Positions 1 to 12,060 are shown, counted from the first letter of the stretch. The stretch is 29,728 nucleotides of DNA from Chiloscyllium plagiosum (GCF_004010195.1 NC_057720.1:23685105-23714832); one strand, 5' to 3'. Program-made: numbers and translations. Notes: generated from the letters alone by a model not told the origin.

Positions 1-824
1 CCTAAGTTACTCACATGACATAAATATCTGGTAGTCTGAGGGCATCTCTTGTCATTGCATCTAAAAAAAAAAAAGTTAAAATTGATTTGAATACAATTTG
101 AATTTTGTCCATAGACAGGCAATAAAATTATGTACAGCTTTTTCAAAGATTCCCAGCAAATTTCCTTTTACCACTTGCAACAACATCAGAACCAAAGGAA
201 CAGTGACAATTTTATTGTCCTTCAGGTTGTTAGAAACCTCACTGCAAACATGTAGTTTAAATAATAATTATCAAAATTGAAAGTAAACAATGCCATATTG
301 CTTGTCTGTTGTTATAAAATCTGAAGTCAAGGAGTTGAATAATATGCACAGTTGAAGTAAATTATTATATTATTATAGCAACATTCTTTTGTTTATAAAT
401 CTTAATCTACAATTGTCAGAATGCAGTTAGCATTCTTAATATGTAATCAAATATAAATTGTATTATTTCTGCCAGTTATGAATGAGATTAAATTATAACT
501 GCATTACCTTACTGAAGAGACTCTTTTCTTTATGCAACTCTGCTCACTGCATTCGGGGAGTTTTGACTCTTTTAATTCCTCCTCAGGATCTAAAGCAAGG
601 CATCTGCTTTACTATAAATCACTGTGGCAGCTTGTGCTTATCAAGTCAATGGGAGTATTTGATCTGCCAGTTCATGAAGGCTAAGTCCACTGCTCAATGC
701 TAGTATCCCTTCTCTATCACTTTCACTGATAGATATATCTGCATATATTCTGATTTTATCTTTGAATATAAGGGTGTCAGAATGAAATCCATTTCCACTA
801 CAGAATCTCTAGAGTGCAGATAGA

Positions 825-1092
825 GGCCATTAGACCCACACCTCGAAAGAGCATCACATCCAGAACCACCTCCATAACCTGGCAATTCCAACCTATCTTG
901 CAAATCCATGGACACTGTGAGCAATTTAACATGGCCAATCCATCTAGTCTGCAAATCGTTAAACTGTGGAAGGAACCAGAGCACCCAAAAGAAACCTACA
1001 CGGACACAGGGACAACGTGCAAACTCCATACAGACAATCATCCAAGGTTAAAACCAAACCTGGGTCCCTGACACTGTGAGACAGCAATGCTG
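825..1092 (-). mobile_element. HE1-type V-SINE (tRNA-derived), degenerate
   Basis: The reverse strand reads agcattgctgtctcacagtgtcagggaccc...ctgtatggagtttgcacgttgtccctgtgtccgtgtaggtttc...attggccatgttaaattg. This is the same V-domain core as the copies at 14953 and 24508. Confidence 0.85.
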
Positions 1093-1764
1093 TAACTTGT
1101 GTAAAAATGATAGAATAAAAATCTGTCAATCAGCTGGTGTCATCTTATACTGAGTAGGCATAAATACCATGGACAATTGATGCAATTAATGTAAGTAAGC
1201 TCATCCAATATGTCCCTCGTTCCATCTTCTGTTACTGGTGATCTTAACTGGTGTGCCATATTTCAATGGCTCTAGTTTCGAATGAGGAAAATCAACAACC
1301 TGGTCCACTTTCAGCCATCTGACAGCTGAATCTCTCCACTGACCCAATGTAATGTTGCCCAAAGATACACTGGCACCAACTGAGGAAATGGGTGTAGGAA
1401 CCTATTGGTGTGTAGAGTCCATGCCTCTGGTCTGGCACTGTCCCGCACAATATTTTTGCTAATAGACAGACCCCAAAATCTCAGAAATTGAAGAGAATTT
1501 TTCATGATGCTGGTCTTCCATGGTGTTAAGGTGTGACAGTAATTAATCCCTTGGTTTATTTTAATCCCACAATAAGGAAAACATTATCTAACCAAGCTAA
1601 ACCTAATTGGAAATGAAACTGAACTGAAATCTATTTTAATTCAAAAATCTAGAATACCCTTTGTTGACCAAATTGGAATTCTTTTTGTTATCTCCAGTCT
1701 TTTTAAAATTATAATTAAAATACTGGACACCATACTCTGTATGTGGCTAAGAAATAGCAAAACA

Positions 1765-1890
1765 CTAGAGATTCTGGAAATTTGAAACAAAAACACAAAT
1801 GCTGGAAATACAACAAATCAGGGAAGATTTGCGGAGAAACCAAATATATTAACGTTTCAGGGATGGGCTCTTCATTACCGAGTTGACCAT
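1765..1890 (-). mobile_element. Degenerate Penelope-like terminal (pLTR) fragment
   Basis: gattctggaaatttgaaacaaaaacacaaatgctggaaatacaacaaatcagg...aacgtttcagg resembles the gatgctgga...gctggaaaagcacagcaggtcagg...cgtttcgg pattern at 3888-3976 and 21314-21406. Confidence 0.55.
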
Positions 1891-2611
1891 TCGTGTTTGT
1901 TCCTGCTCTGTCTCTGATTTATAGAATTGGATTAATGTTTCTTCAAATTTCCATCCCTATCTTCCTTAATGTGTTCCATCCTGGACCCTCTCCTTCCCTC
2001 TCTAACTGTCTCTATCTCTTGCCAGGAAATAAAAATACATTAGATGAATGGATCCACATCCAAAATATCAATTTATGCATTCATCACGACAACTGCATAA
2101 TCTGCTGGGCGTATCCAGCATTGTCAATCTTGTTTTCTGTTTTATGAATTTAACTATATACCCATGTAATTTTTTTTTGCTTTTAACTAGTAACCACCAC
2201 CAGTTTAAAAAAAATGTCGTGTAGCTAATTGAATATTTACACACAATACCAGTATCCATCCAGTTCTTAGCTTTCTGGGCAATTTTACACTTTTCAAATA
2301 GGACGTCACTTCAAAGCCAAGTTTCCAAAATACAAGAAAAGTTTTAATTTTATTTCACTCTTCAGAAAATCCTATTTACCTATTTCAGATAGCAATGATT
2401 GGTAAGCTATTCTGTTCATAATGCCAACATCATAAAACAATAGAAGACAATTTTTCATTCTCTGTGGATAGCGAGAAAGGTAATGGGATGGCCAAATAAT
2501 TGAGTGGCACGGCTCCAGACAAATTCCAACAGCCATCCTGTCATCTCAGCAATGAGGTTCGGGGTGAGAAAGTCGATGGTGACCTTCTCATTTTTTTAAA
2601 TCAACCTGCTC

Positions 2612-2690
2612 ATGTATGCTACAACACAGATGAGACTTGGATCAGATTCAACAGGCCCTGAGGTAGGGACAGTACCACATAAGATCCCAT
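2612..2690 (-). repeat. Degenerate tRNA-derived SINE head, same family as the tandem units at 24905-25310
   Basis: It contains gaggtagggacagtaccacataagatccc, matching the gaggtaggga/gcactaccac...ccacaaga units downstream. Confidence 0.45.
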
Positions 2691-3269
2691 GGATGACCTT
2701 CTCAACCCACCACTATTTAATTGACCTTAACTGGTCAACTAAAGCCTTAATTGGACCTCTGACTGCTATCAACTCAGTTTACTTGCCTTCTTGGAAGGTT
2801 ATTTGCCTCACGGGGAAACCTGCTTTCTGGGTTGGAGTGTTGGTGTTGAATGTGTGGCTACTGGGGGCAGGGGAGCTGGTACCGAAAACCACACCCTGCG
2901 CTTTCTCCAATCCCCCTGAGATTCCTCTCCCATGACCACCACAATTCCCTAAACAAATAGACAAACAAACAAACACACCCCTTTCCCTCTGCCCCACTAA
3001 ACAAAATCTGCTCATCAGTGTAGCTGGTCATGGTTGTGTGCCATGGGATTGTGCTGCTTCTGATTGCCCAGAAAGGGCAGGACTTTTGTGGCACATCTCC
3101 TGGTTCAATGAGATGTTCATTACATGGCACTTAAGTAAATCTGGTGCTTGATGCAGCAAGCCTTCTTGATGACCCAGAGATGGCGGCTTTGTGGCCTCTC
3201 CAGCATTTAGTGCACATAGCAGTGAAGCTTGGCAGTTAACAATTACCAAAAAGGAAAGTGATCTTAATA

Positions 3270-3685
3270 CCAGCCCTTGAGGAACATAACTTACCCTCTG
3301 CTTTCCGATCCAAAATCAATTCAGTGTCCAAACTGACACTGTCTCTTCAGTCCCATGTGTTTTTATTTTACCAAAGTCTGTTTTGCAGTGTTACATAAAA
3401 TGCCATTTGACAGTCTATTCCACAGCATCAACTACCTGCATCAAGCCTCTCAACCTTCATCCAAGAACACACAAACATAATTTGCTTTTAATGCATATTG
3501 ATTTTTATTTGTTAACCTAACGTTTTCCACTTGTCAATTAATTTTTGTGTTAAATTGCTGTCACCAAATGTTTCCCCATTGCAGACATAAACCTGACAGG
3601 CCTGCCATTGTCAGATGTATCCTTTTCTTCCACTTTGAACAAAGGCATAACTTTTACAGCACTTCCATTTTTTGGCACTACATTG
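3270..3685 (-). mobile_element. Old CR1/L2-type LINE reverse-transcriptase fragment
   Basis: The minus-strand translation VMPLFKVEEKDTSDNGRPVRFMSAMGKHL is a decayed version of the RT motif V.PLFKKG.K..PGNYRPVSLTS.VGK. Confidence 0.65.
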
Positions 3686-3960
3686 GAAGTGTGGCACTGT
3701 TTAAGAAGGGTGGTAAAGACAAGCCAGGGAACTATAGACCAGTCAGCCTGACCTCGGTGGTGGGCAACGTGTTGGTGGGAATCCTGAGGGACAGGATGCA
3801 CAAGTATTTGGAAAGGCAAAGACATATTCGGGATAGTCAACATGGCTTTGTGCATTGGAAATCATCGAGGAGAAAGTGAGGTCTGCAGATGCTGGAGATC
3901 AAAGTTGAAACTTTATTGCTGGAACAGCACAGCAGGTCAGGTAGCATCCAGAGAACAGGA

Positions 3961-3997
3961 GATTCGACGTTTCGGGCACAGGCCCTTCTTCAGGAAT
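3961..3997 (-). ncRNA. Minimal type I hammerhead ribozyme motif, mirror copy on the minus strand
   Basis: The reverse complement reads ATTC-CTGAAGA-A-GGGC-CTGT-GCCC-GAAACGT-C-GAATC. The core is identical and stem I is 4 bp (ATTC/GAAT). Confidence 0.78.
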
Positions 3998-4035
3998 GAT
4001 TCCTGAAGAAGGGCCTGTGCCCGAAACGTCGAATC
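3998..4035 (+). ncRNA. Minimal type I hammerhead ribozyme motif (Penelope-type)
   Basis: In order: stem I 5' GATTC (3998-4002), core CTGAAGA (4003-4009), extra A, stem II GGGC-CTGT-GCCC (4011-4022), GAAA (4023-4026), CGT, predicted cleavage C4030 (GUC triplet), stem I 3' GAATC (4031-4035). Stem III is reduced to the palindrome ACGT. Confidence 0.82.
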
Positions 4036-4604
4036 TCCTGTTCCCTGGATGCTACCTGACCTGCTGTGCTGTTCCAGCAATAAAGTTTCAGCATTGGAAA
4101 TCATGTCTCACAAACTTGATTTGAGTTTTTTGAAGAAGTAACAAAGAAGATTGATGAGGGCAGAGCAGTAGATGTGATCTATATGGACTTCAGTAAGGCT
4201 TTCAACAAGGTTCCCCATGGGAGAGTGATTAGCAAGGTTAGTTCTCATGGAATACAGGGAGAACTAGCCATTTGGATACAGAACTGGCTCAAAGGTGGAA
4301 GACAGAGGGTGGTGATGGAGGATTGTTTTTCAGACTGGAGGCCTGTGACCAGTGGAGTGCCACAAGGATCGGTGCTGGGCCCTCTACTTTTTTATCATTT
4401 ACATAAATGATTTGGATGCGAGCATATGAGGTACAGTTAGTAAGTTTGCAGATGATACCAAAATTGGAGGAGTAGTGGACAGCGAAGAAGGTTACCTTAG
4501 ATTACAACAGGATCTTGACCAGATGGGCCAATGGGCTGAGAAGTGGCAGATGGAGTTTAATTCAGATAAATGCGAGGTGCTGCATTTTGGGAAAGCAAAT
4601 CTTA

Positions 4605-4729
4605 NNNNNNNNNNNNNNNNNNNNNNNNNNNNNNNNNNNNNNNNNNNNNNNNNNNNNNNNNNNNNNNNNNNNNNNNNNNNNNNNNNNNNNNNNNNNNNNN
4701 NNNNNNNNNNNNNNNNNNNNNNNNNNNNN
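4605..4729. other. Assembly gap inside a CR1
   Basis: Run of N. Confidence 1.
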
Positions 4730-5199
4730 GGCTGAACAGGCTGGGGCTGTTTTCCCTGGAGCGTCGGAGGCTGAGGGGAGACCTTATAGAGGTTTACAAA
4801 ATTATGAGGGGCATGGATAGGATAAATAGGCAAAGTCTTTTTCCTGGGGTCAGGGAGTCCAGAACTAGAGGGCATAGGTTTAGGGTGATAGGAGAAAGAT
4901 ATAAAAGACACCTGAGGGGCAACATTTTCACGCAGAGGGTGGTAATGAGCTGCCAGAGGGTGTGGTGGAGGCTGGTGCAATTGCAACATTTAAGAGGCAT
5001 TTTGATGGGTTTATGAATAGGAAGGGTTTGGAGGAATATGGGCCGGGTGCTGGCAGGTGGGACTAGATTGGGTTGGGATATCTGGTCGGCATGGACGGGT
5101 TGGACCGAAGGGTCTGTTTCCATGCTGTACATCTGTATGACTCTAAGAAATTTCACAATTTCCATTCTTATAACATGCTGCAAACTAATATATATCTTA

Positions 5200-5292
5200 G
5201 TTCGATTAACAAAAATAGAAAGAATGGCAAGTGATGAGTCTGCAAAGAGACATAGACGGGTTAAGTGAGTGGGCAAAAACTTGGCAGATGCT
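5200..5292 (+). mobile_element. Short CR1/L2 RT fragment
   Basis: ctgcaaagagacatagacgggttaagtgagtgggcaaaaacttggcagatg translates to LQRDIDGLSEWAKTWQM. Confidence 0.7.
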
Positions 5293-5379
5293 CCCCTGCA
5301 TTGGCTGCCCTTGCCATTCACACTGGCAGAGATTGTGGATTAGGAAGGTACTACTGAGGTATATGACTTAATGTATCAC

Positions 5380-5885
5380 ACCTTGTAGTTGGTACACATT
5401 ACTGCCATTGTGCATTAGCAGTGTAAGGAGTGAATGTTTAAGTTGGCGGATGGATTGTCGATGAAGCAGATTGCTTTGCCCTGAATGAGGTTAAACGTCT
5501 TGAGCATTGAAGGACCTGCATTTTTCTAAGCAAGTGGAAAACATTCCATCACACTTGCAACTTGTGCTTTATAGATGGTGACAAGTTTTAGGGAGTTAGG
5601 AGGTGAGTTACTCGCCACAGAATTCCCAACTTTGGACTGGCCTTGTAGCATACAGTATTTAGATGTCTGGTCATTGAATCTGCTCAGCCATACGATCATG
5701 GCTGATATGCTCACCACCCCCACTTTCCTGCCTTCTCTCAATATGCCTCCAACCCATTACCAATTACCTGTTACCACAAGATGTTGATAGTGGGGATGTC
5801 AGCAATATTAATGCCATTAATGTCAAGAACAAATGGTTAGTTGATGTCTTTCTTGTTGGGGATTGTCATTGCCTGGCACTTATTG
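5380..5885 (-). mobile_element. Old CR1-clade LINE fragment (family also at 13190-14590 and 16060-17410), with a short LINE-tail piece inserted at ~5672-5765
   Basis: The minus translation LVTIYKAQVASVMECFPLA corresponds to LTTIHKVQVRSVIEYSPVA in the 16.5-kb copy. DNA such as gtcattgcctggcact is shared. Confidence 0.75.
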
Positions 5886-6497
5886 GATATTGCATCAAGC
5901 AGCAAGTCCCTTCAGCCATTCACAACAAACAAGCTATTGACTGTACCCAACCAGACACGTTTGCAAAACTCGCAACAACGCTCAACATTAGATGTGATTC
6001 AATGATTGGACAACCTTCACTTAATAATCCTGAGTGGGCAAAGAATTAAACTGACAGTCAAACCCCCTACCTTTCTTGTCACAGGAGGTTGGAGGGGCCT
6101 GAAGTTCCATGCTGCTTTCTCCATGTCAGTGTTTCAGTCATCAGAGTTGTCTTGCCAAATAATCTGTGATTATTTGAAATTTGTTACGCTTGCCTGACAA
6201 GTGAAAAACAAAAAAAAAGCAGCTGTGGCAATATATCTTTAGTATGAGTAAAATTTAAATTCTGTACAATAAAGCAGATTGTTATTATAGTAAATTTCAA
6301 AGTTAGATGTTACTCATGTAAATTGTTGCTGCTTGAGAAAAGACAGAGGTTTAAAACTTTAAAGCCACAATGGCCCTTCCTGCTAAACACAGTAAACTGA
6401 ATGCCTTGGTCCAGAATCCAGATCACCTGCAACAAGTGACACGTGTCAGCCATTACCTCCTTGTTAAAATGGAGCTACCTTACATCACGCTATAGGG

Positions 6498-7242
6498 CCA
6501 TAAGACATAAGAGCAGAATTAGGCCATTCAGTGTATTGAGTCTGCTCTACCATTTGATCATGGCTGACATGCTTCTCAACCCCATTTTCTTGCCATTTCC
6601 CCATATTTTTCTTTTCCCTTACTAACCGAGAACCAACCTTTCTGTCTTAGATATATTCGATGACTTGGCCTCTATGGCCTTCTGCGTCAAAGATTTCCCC
6701 AGATTCGTTACTCTCTGGCTGAAGAAATTCCTCGTCACATCAATTCTAAAAGGTTATCACTTCACACTGAGAGACTGTGCTCTCGGGTCCTAGTCTTTTC
6801 ATTACATCTTCTCCACATCCACTCTATCCAGGCCTTTCAGTATTCTATAAGTTTCATGAGAAGCCCCTCATTCTTCTAAACTCCATGAAGTACAGACCCA
6901 GAGACCTCAACCGCTCCTCATACAACAAGCTCTTCATTCACGGTGTCATTCATATGAACTTCCTCTAGAGCCAGCACATAAATGCGGGGCCCAACACTCA
7001 TTACAATATGCAAATCTGAGGTGACGACTTAGTGATATTATTGCTAGACTGTTAATCTAAAGACGAAGGGAATCTTCCAGCCTTCCCCATTTAGAAAATA
7101 GTCTTTGCCTCTCTTGTTCCTACCAAAGTGCATAACCTCACACTTATCCACATTGTATTCCATTTGCCAGTTCTTTGCCCACTCTACTACCCTGTCAAAG
7201 TCCTTCTGCAGCCTCCCCAAATCCTCAACACTACCTGTCCCT
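6498..7242 (-). mobile_element. CR1-type LINE 3' end
   Basis: It begins with the reversed tail cataagacataagagcagaattaggccattc...atcatggctgac. It continues into reversed ORF2 C-terminal and RT sequence (caaagtgcataacctcacacttatccacattgtattccatttgcc = WQMEYNVDKCEVMHF). Confidence 0.8.
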
Positions 7243-7417
7243 AATGCTGTTCAAGTTTGAAGTATAATGCCTGGTTCCTTCCTGTATCATCACCTCCGAA
7301 AGCCAACATACCAACAGAGTTTAACAGTCAAATGCTGGCCAAAACAAGGGTTAAATGGGACTAAAAGCAACCTCCATGCTTAAAACAAGCAACCAGAGAG
7401 TCCAACCAACCAGATTT

Positions 7418-7920
7418 CATTGGAGGCAGTTCAAGGAACATTCACTAGGATCATCCCTGGTATGGAGGAATTGTCTTATGAGCAAAGGCTAAACTGATTG
7501 GGATTCTACTCATTGGAGTTTGGAATAATGAAAGGTGATCTCATTGAAACATATAGAATTCTGAAGGGGCATGATAGGGTAAATACTATGATGATGTTTC
7601 ACCCTCATAGGAGAGTCTAGGCCCAGAGGGACTAGTCACAGAATAAAGCAATACCAATTTAAGACTGAGATGAGGATGAATTCTCTTCAAGGATTGTGAG
7701 TCTTTGTAACTCCTTACCACAGAGCTGTGGCAACAGAGTCTTTATGTATATTTAGGGCTGAGATAAATAGGTTTTTAATCAATGGGGGAATAAAGGAATA
7801 TGGGGAAAATGCAGGGAAGTGGATGTGAGAAGGATCAGATCAGCATGATCTCATTGAATGGCAGAGTAGGCGCGAAGGACCGAACAGCCAACTCCTGTTC
7901 TTATTTCTAATGGTCCTATT
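7418..7920 (+). mobile_element. CR1-type LINE 3' end
   Basis: The decayed C-terminus reads LEAVQGTFTRIIPGMEELSYEQRL..LGFYSLEF..MKGDLIETYRILKG. The tail is gatcagcatgatctcattgaatggcagagtaggcgcgaaggaccgaacagccaactcctgttcttatttct. Confidence 0.8.
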
Positions 7921-8499
7921 GTATTATCTCCCTGGCCTGGATTTTCACTCCAGGGTTGAGTGTGCAGAAATGGCAGAATTCACAATTTCACAAATCTGAC
8001 CTTTAAGCCAGCGGCCCAGGTGTTGGATATTTAGTGGAGGGGTATTGTGGATGGAAGGACAGACTGCATTAGGTTTTGGGGCTGAGGAATCAGCTGTGTG
8101 CTGAAACGGGCTGGTGGAAGGCTTGCCTCAGGCATCCAGCACTGTATCCAAAATTGGAAATAGTGAATAATGCATCCTTCCAGTCATCACACTTCAATTC
8201 TCTCAACACCAGCCCATGCATGCCAAACCATTTCACCATACTCCAAAGCTAAGCTATGCCCTATGCCCATCTTCATGGCTCCTCATAGCCTCATGTCACC
8301 CTGTGCATCTTCTCACCCTATTACAGCTCCTTATTTCCTCTATGTCAACCAATGCCACTCTACCTAACTCTCATAAACTTTCATCATCCCTATACCAACT
8401 TAATAACAACTCAAATCTATCCCCTCACTGACTACATTTTCCACTTATACATCAAATGAGCTTAACACAAGAAGTCTATAGACATTTTAGAGCATTTCT

Positions 8500-9080
8500 A
8501 CTGCACTGGAAGAATATCAATGCAAACAGCAAGAGGCAGTCAGTGATAATCCTGGAGTAGAGGCAATTGTAGATGTTCTGCTGGTCTAAGGATATGGACA
8601 CTCAATGGAAGAAGGTATCAGAGACTATAATCAGAATCTAGTACAACTGCTAGAAAGAGCTCGTTGGGTGAACCTGAAATTGAAGAAGGATAAAAAGCAA
8701 TTGAAGATGCCTGAAGTCAAATACCGAGAGCAAAACGATGTTGCCCAGATCATGACAAAGTAGGAGCTGTAGCAGAGATGCAGTGACCAACAGATGTGAA
8801 AACAATGCAATGAATTGTTTGGCTTGTGAACCACTTAGCAAGCCCCTTGCCTAATTTGTCAACAAAGTGGGAACTCTACACAAGCTCACTGCCAAGAACA
8901 TGCAGTGATAACAGAACAAAAGCTTTAACTTGAACAAAACAATGGGTGATGCTAGTGTCACTGGGGAGGTACTACAGTACTGATGGTGAAGTCTCCTTGC
9001 AGCATCATATCACTGGGACAGTACTTGGAGATACTTTTAGCAGAAAGGATAACAAGTTGTGTTTGCATTTAGAACAAACA
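8500..9080 (+). mobile_element. Decayed Gypsy/Ty3 LTR-retrotransposon pol fragment (RT palm/thumb to RNase H)
   Basis: From 8632 the frame reads QNLVQLLERARWVNLKLKKDKKQLKMPEVKY, and from 8745 PDHDKVGAVAEMQ*PTDVKTMQ*. These fit Gypsy RT C-terminal motifs (L..L....L.LN..K; PDP.KV.A...M..P). There are many stops and indels. Confidence 0.75.
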
Positions 9081-10414
9081 GAAAGACATTACACTTAGAG
9101 TTCAGTCATCCCCTCAGTCATTGTGATGAATGACCCAGATTTACTGTAGCAAATACAGACATGCACATAGAATGAGAGGAGATGTTTTTTTCTACAGGCA
9201 GCAGATCAGCAAGAAGTAATCTCATCATCTACACATAGTACAGAATGACCATTAGTACCAGAAGTCTGCTGTTCCCCAGGAAATGGATCAGAAACAACAG
9301 TTAACAATTAACAGCACTCTCCACAGAAATGATTCACCATCAGAAAGGAACATCACCTTCGAACGAGCAGATGTCAGAACAATAGCCAAAGACAGCATGC
9401 ATATGTACTATTATGAACGTGTACAATTGAAAAATTAAATGCAGTGCATGTGCAGAGACTGACAAAAGTGGAAAAGACTAGAGTTAATACACTGATTTGC
9501 TCATGAATGATTTCCCTTGTTGCTATGTATTACATGACTTGCAATTACCAAAAGGAGAATACATATTTCTTTTTTGATAAGAGAAATGTTTAGGAAATAT
9601 AGAATTATGTCTTGTGTACTGGTTGGCTTGCCATAGTTACTATCTCTGCTGTAAGTGCCTTTGTGTGCAGTCTGACACATCACTTGAAACAGAGATGGTG
9701 GTATCCAGTGCCCCCTTCTGGATAAATTTTCAAATTGTGCCCACACCCTTTCTCATCTGCAACAGCAATTGAAATTTCAGGTAAGTGAGTCAGAAAATGA
9801 AGTCTATGGGAAAAAAATAATCGACTATGATTTGATTACAGATTTCCAAGCAGTAAAGTTGCAAATAGGTTCTGTTGCGTTTAGATTGTTCTAAAATATT
9901 TAGTATATTTCAAAATTATAATATCCAATTGCATTTCTGATTTTACTGTAACAAACTATACTCTGAGGCATTTCTTATAAGAAAGAAAGGAACTGAGCAG
10001 TGGTTAAAAAAAAGGTGACATAATCCAGAATTGAAAAAAATAGATTTTTACAAGGGCTTGCAAGATACAAAAATGATTCTGGAGAATTGCATCTGAGTAA
10101 CAAGTACTAGGAGAACAGATGGCCAGGGGTTTAAGAATCCGAGGCTATGAGCTAGGGAATAGTGGGAATTAAGGAGACAGAGTGAGGCAAATAGATTTGT
10201 AAAAAAGGGTATGAATATTCTGAACTCAATACATCATTGTAAGGAGTCAATGGATCAGCACGAATGAGGACAAGAGAGAGTTTGAGCAAAGATGAATTTA
10301 TGTCAGTTGGAACCTGGGAAAGGTATACAGGCCATTGAGAGCCTAATGATACAGGGAAACATGACAGTATACGGCCTTGACCAATCTCAGCTGAATTTTA
10401 GGATTCTCACATCT

Positions 10415-10670
10415 GAGTCACAGAGTTATACAGCACAGAAATTTCAGTCCAACTCATCCGTGCTAACCAAATATCCTAACCTAATCTAGTCCCATTTGCC
10501 AGCATTTGGCCTGTATCTGTCTAAACCCTTCCTATTCATAATACTCATCCAAATGTTGCCCCTTAGGTCCCTTTTAAGTCTTTCCCTTCTCACTTTTAAC
10601 CTATGCCCTCTAGTTTTGGACTCCCCTACCCAGGGGAAAAAACCTTGGCTATTCACCCTATCCATGTCCC
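10415..10670 (-). mobile_element. CR1 (HER1-like) 3' end, with a further 40-bp piece at 12061-12101
   Basis: The reversed tail is gagtcacagagttatacagcacagaa...cagtccaactcatcc...ctaatctagtcccatttgccagca. The piece at 12061-12101 reads IEYRSWDVILWLY on the minus strand. Confidence 0.8.
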
Positions 10671-10671
10671 T

Positions 10672-12060
10672 CTAGTGATGGAGAGGGATAAGTGTGCACT
10701 GCAGGCCAAGAGTTATAGCTGGGGGCAGGGAAATTATGATGCAGTGAGGCACGACCTAGGATGCGTGGCTTGGAAAAGTAGGCTTCAAGGCATGGGCACA
10801 ATTGATATGTGGAGCTTGTTCAAGGAGCAACTATTGAGTGTCCTTGATAAGTATGTACCTGTCAGGCAGGGAGGAAAGGGTCATGTGAGGGAGCCGTGGT
10901 TTAATAAGGAATTGGAATCCCTTGTTAAATGGAAGAGGGCATCCTATGTAAAGATGAGGCGTGAAGGTTCAATTGGGGCGATTGAGAGTTATAAGGTAGC
11001 CAGGAAGGACCTGAAGAGAAAGCTAAGAGCAGCAAGGAGGGGATATGAAAGGTCCTTAGTTGGTAGGATGAGGGAAAACCCTAAGGCTTTCTATAGGTAT
11101 ATCAGGAATAAAAGAATGACTAGGGTAGGAACAGGTCCAGTCAAGAATAGTAGTGGGAAGTTGCGTGTGGAGGCTGAAGAGATCAGGGAGACACTGAATG
11201 AATACTTTTCGTCAGTATTCAATCAGGAACAGGACATTGTTGTCAATGTGAGTACTGAGTCACAATTAAGTAGAATGGATGGCTTTGAGGTATGTAGAGA
11301 AGAGGTGTTGCAAATTCTGGAAAGGGTGAAAATAGACANNNNNNNNNNNNNNNNNNNNNNNNNNNNNNNNNNNNNNNNNNNNNNNNNNNNNNNNNNNNNN
11401 NNNNNNNNNNNNNNNNNNNNNNNNNNNNNNNNNNNNNNNNNNNNNNNNNNNNNNNNNNNNNNNNNNNNNNNNNNNNNNNNNNNNNNNNNNAAGGCATTTT
11501 ATAAGGTTCCCCATGGTAGGCTACTGCAGAAAATACGGAGATATGGCTTTGAGGGTGAGTTGGAGGTTTGGATTAGGAGTTGGCTGGCTGGAAGAAGACA
11601 GAGGGTAGTAGTTGATGGAAAAAGTTCATCTTGGGGTGCTGTCACTCGCGGTGTTCCGCAAGGATCTGTTTTTGGACCATTGCTGTTTGTCATTTTTATA
11701 AATGACCTGGAGGAGGGGCTAGAAGGTTGGGTGAGCAAGTTTGCGGATGATACGAAAGTCGGTGGAGTTGTTGACAGTGAGGAAGGATGTGTCAGGTTAC
11801 AGCGGGATATAGATAAGTTGCAGAGCTGGGCAGAAAGGTGGCAAATGGAGTTCAATGCAGGTAAGTGTGAGGTGATTCACTTTGGTAAGAGTAACAAAAA
11901 GACGGGGTACTGGGCTAATGGTCAGATACTTGGTAGTGTGGATGAGCAGAGGGATCTTGGTGTCCATGTACACAGATCTCAGAAAGTTGCCACCCAGGTA
12001 AATAGTGCGGTGAAGAAGGCATATGGCGTACTGGCTTTTATTGGTAGAGGAATTGAGTTC
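10672..12060 (+). mobile_element. Young CR1 ORF2 fragment (linker and RT), open on both sides of an assembly gap, lacking both ends
   Basis: It contains ENPKAFYRYIRNKR, LNEYFSSVF, KAFYKVPHGRLL, GVPQGSVFGPLLFVIFINDL, KFADDTKVG and WQMEFNAGKCEVIHFG, and stops at AFIGRGIEF. The ATG at 10603 in the ORF track comes from the neighbouring antisense element. Confidence 0.92.
11339..11490. other. Assembly gap inside a CR1
   Basis: Run of N. Confidence 1.

Larger units (their letters stand above)
3866..4090. mobile_element. Palindromic Penelope-like (pLTR) insertion, 225 bp, with 14-bp target-site duplication
   Basis: GCATTGGAAATCAT occurs at 3852-3865 and 4091-4104. Removing the insert and one copy restores the host CR1 frame HGFVHWKSCLTNL. 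Inverted arms 3906-3997 and 3999-4090 match at 91/92 positions, and each carries a hammerhead motif. Confidence 0.85.
3688..5145 (+). mobile_element. 5'-truncated CR1 (HER1-like) LINE with 3' end, interrupted by a Penelope-like insertion and an assembly gap
   Basis: RT motifs are LFKKGGKDKPGNYRPVSLTSVVG, QHGFVHWKS(CLTNL), YMDFSKAFNKVPH, SGVPQGSVLGPLLF and KFADDTKIG. The C-terminal LGLFSLERRRLRGDLIEVYKIM is followed by the 3' tail ggttggaccgaagggtctgtttccatgctgtacatctgtatgactct. It carries frameshifts. Confidence 0.93.

Noticed and set aside
98..3249. Numerous 60-110 aa ORFs here and elsewhere in the track
   Set aside because: They have no recognisable domains, many use non-ATG starts, and most overlap SINE/LINE remnants or AT-rich intron.
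9080..9720. Possible 3' region, polypurine tract and LTR of the Gypsy remnant
   Set aside because: No second LTR copy or clear TG...CA boundaries could be identified.
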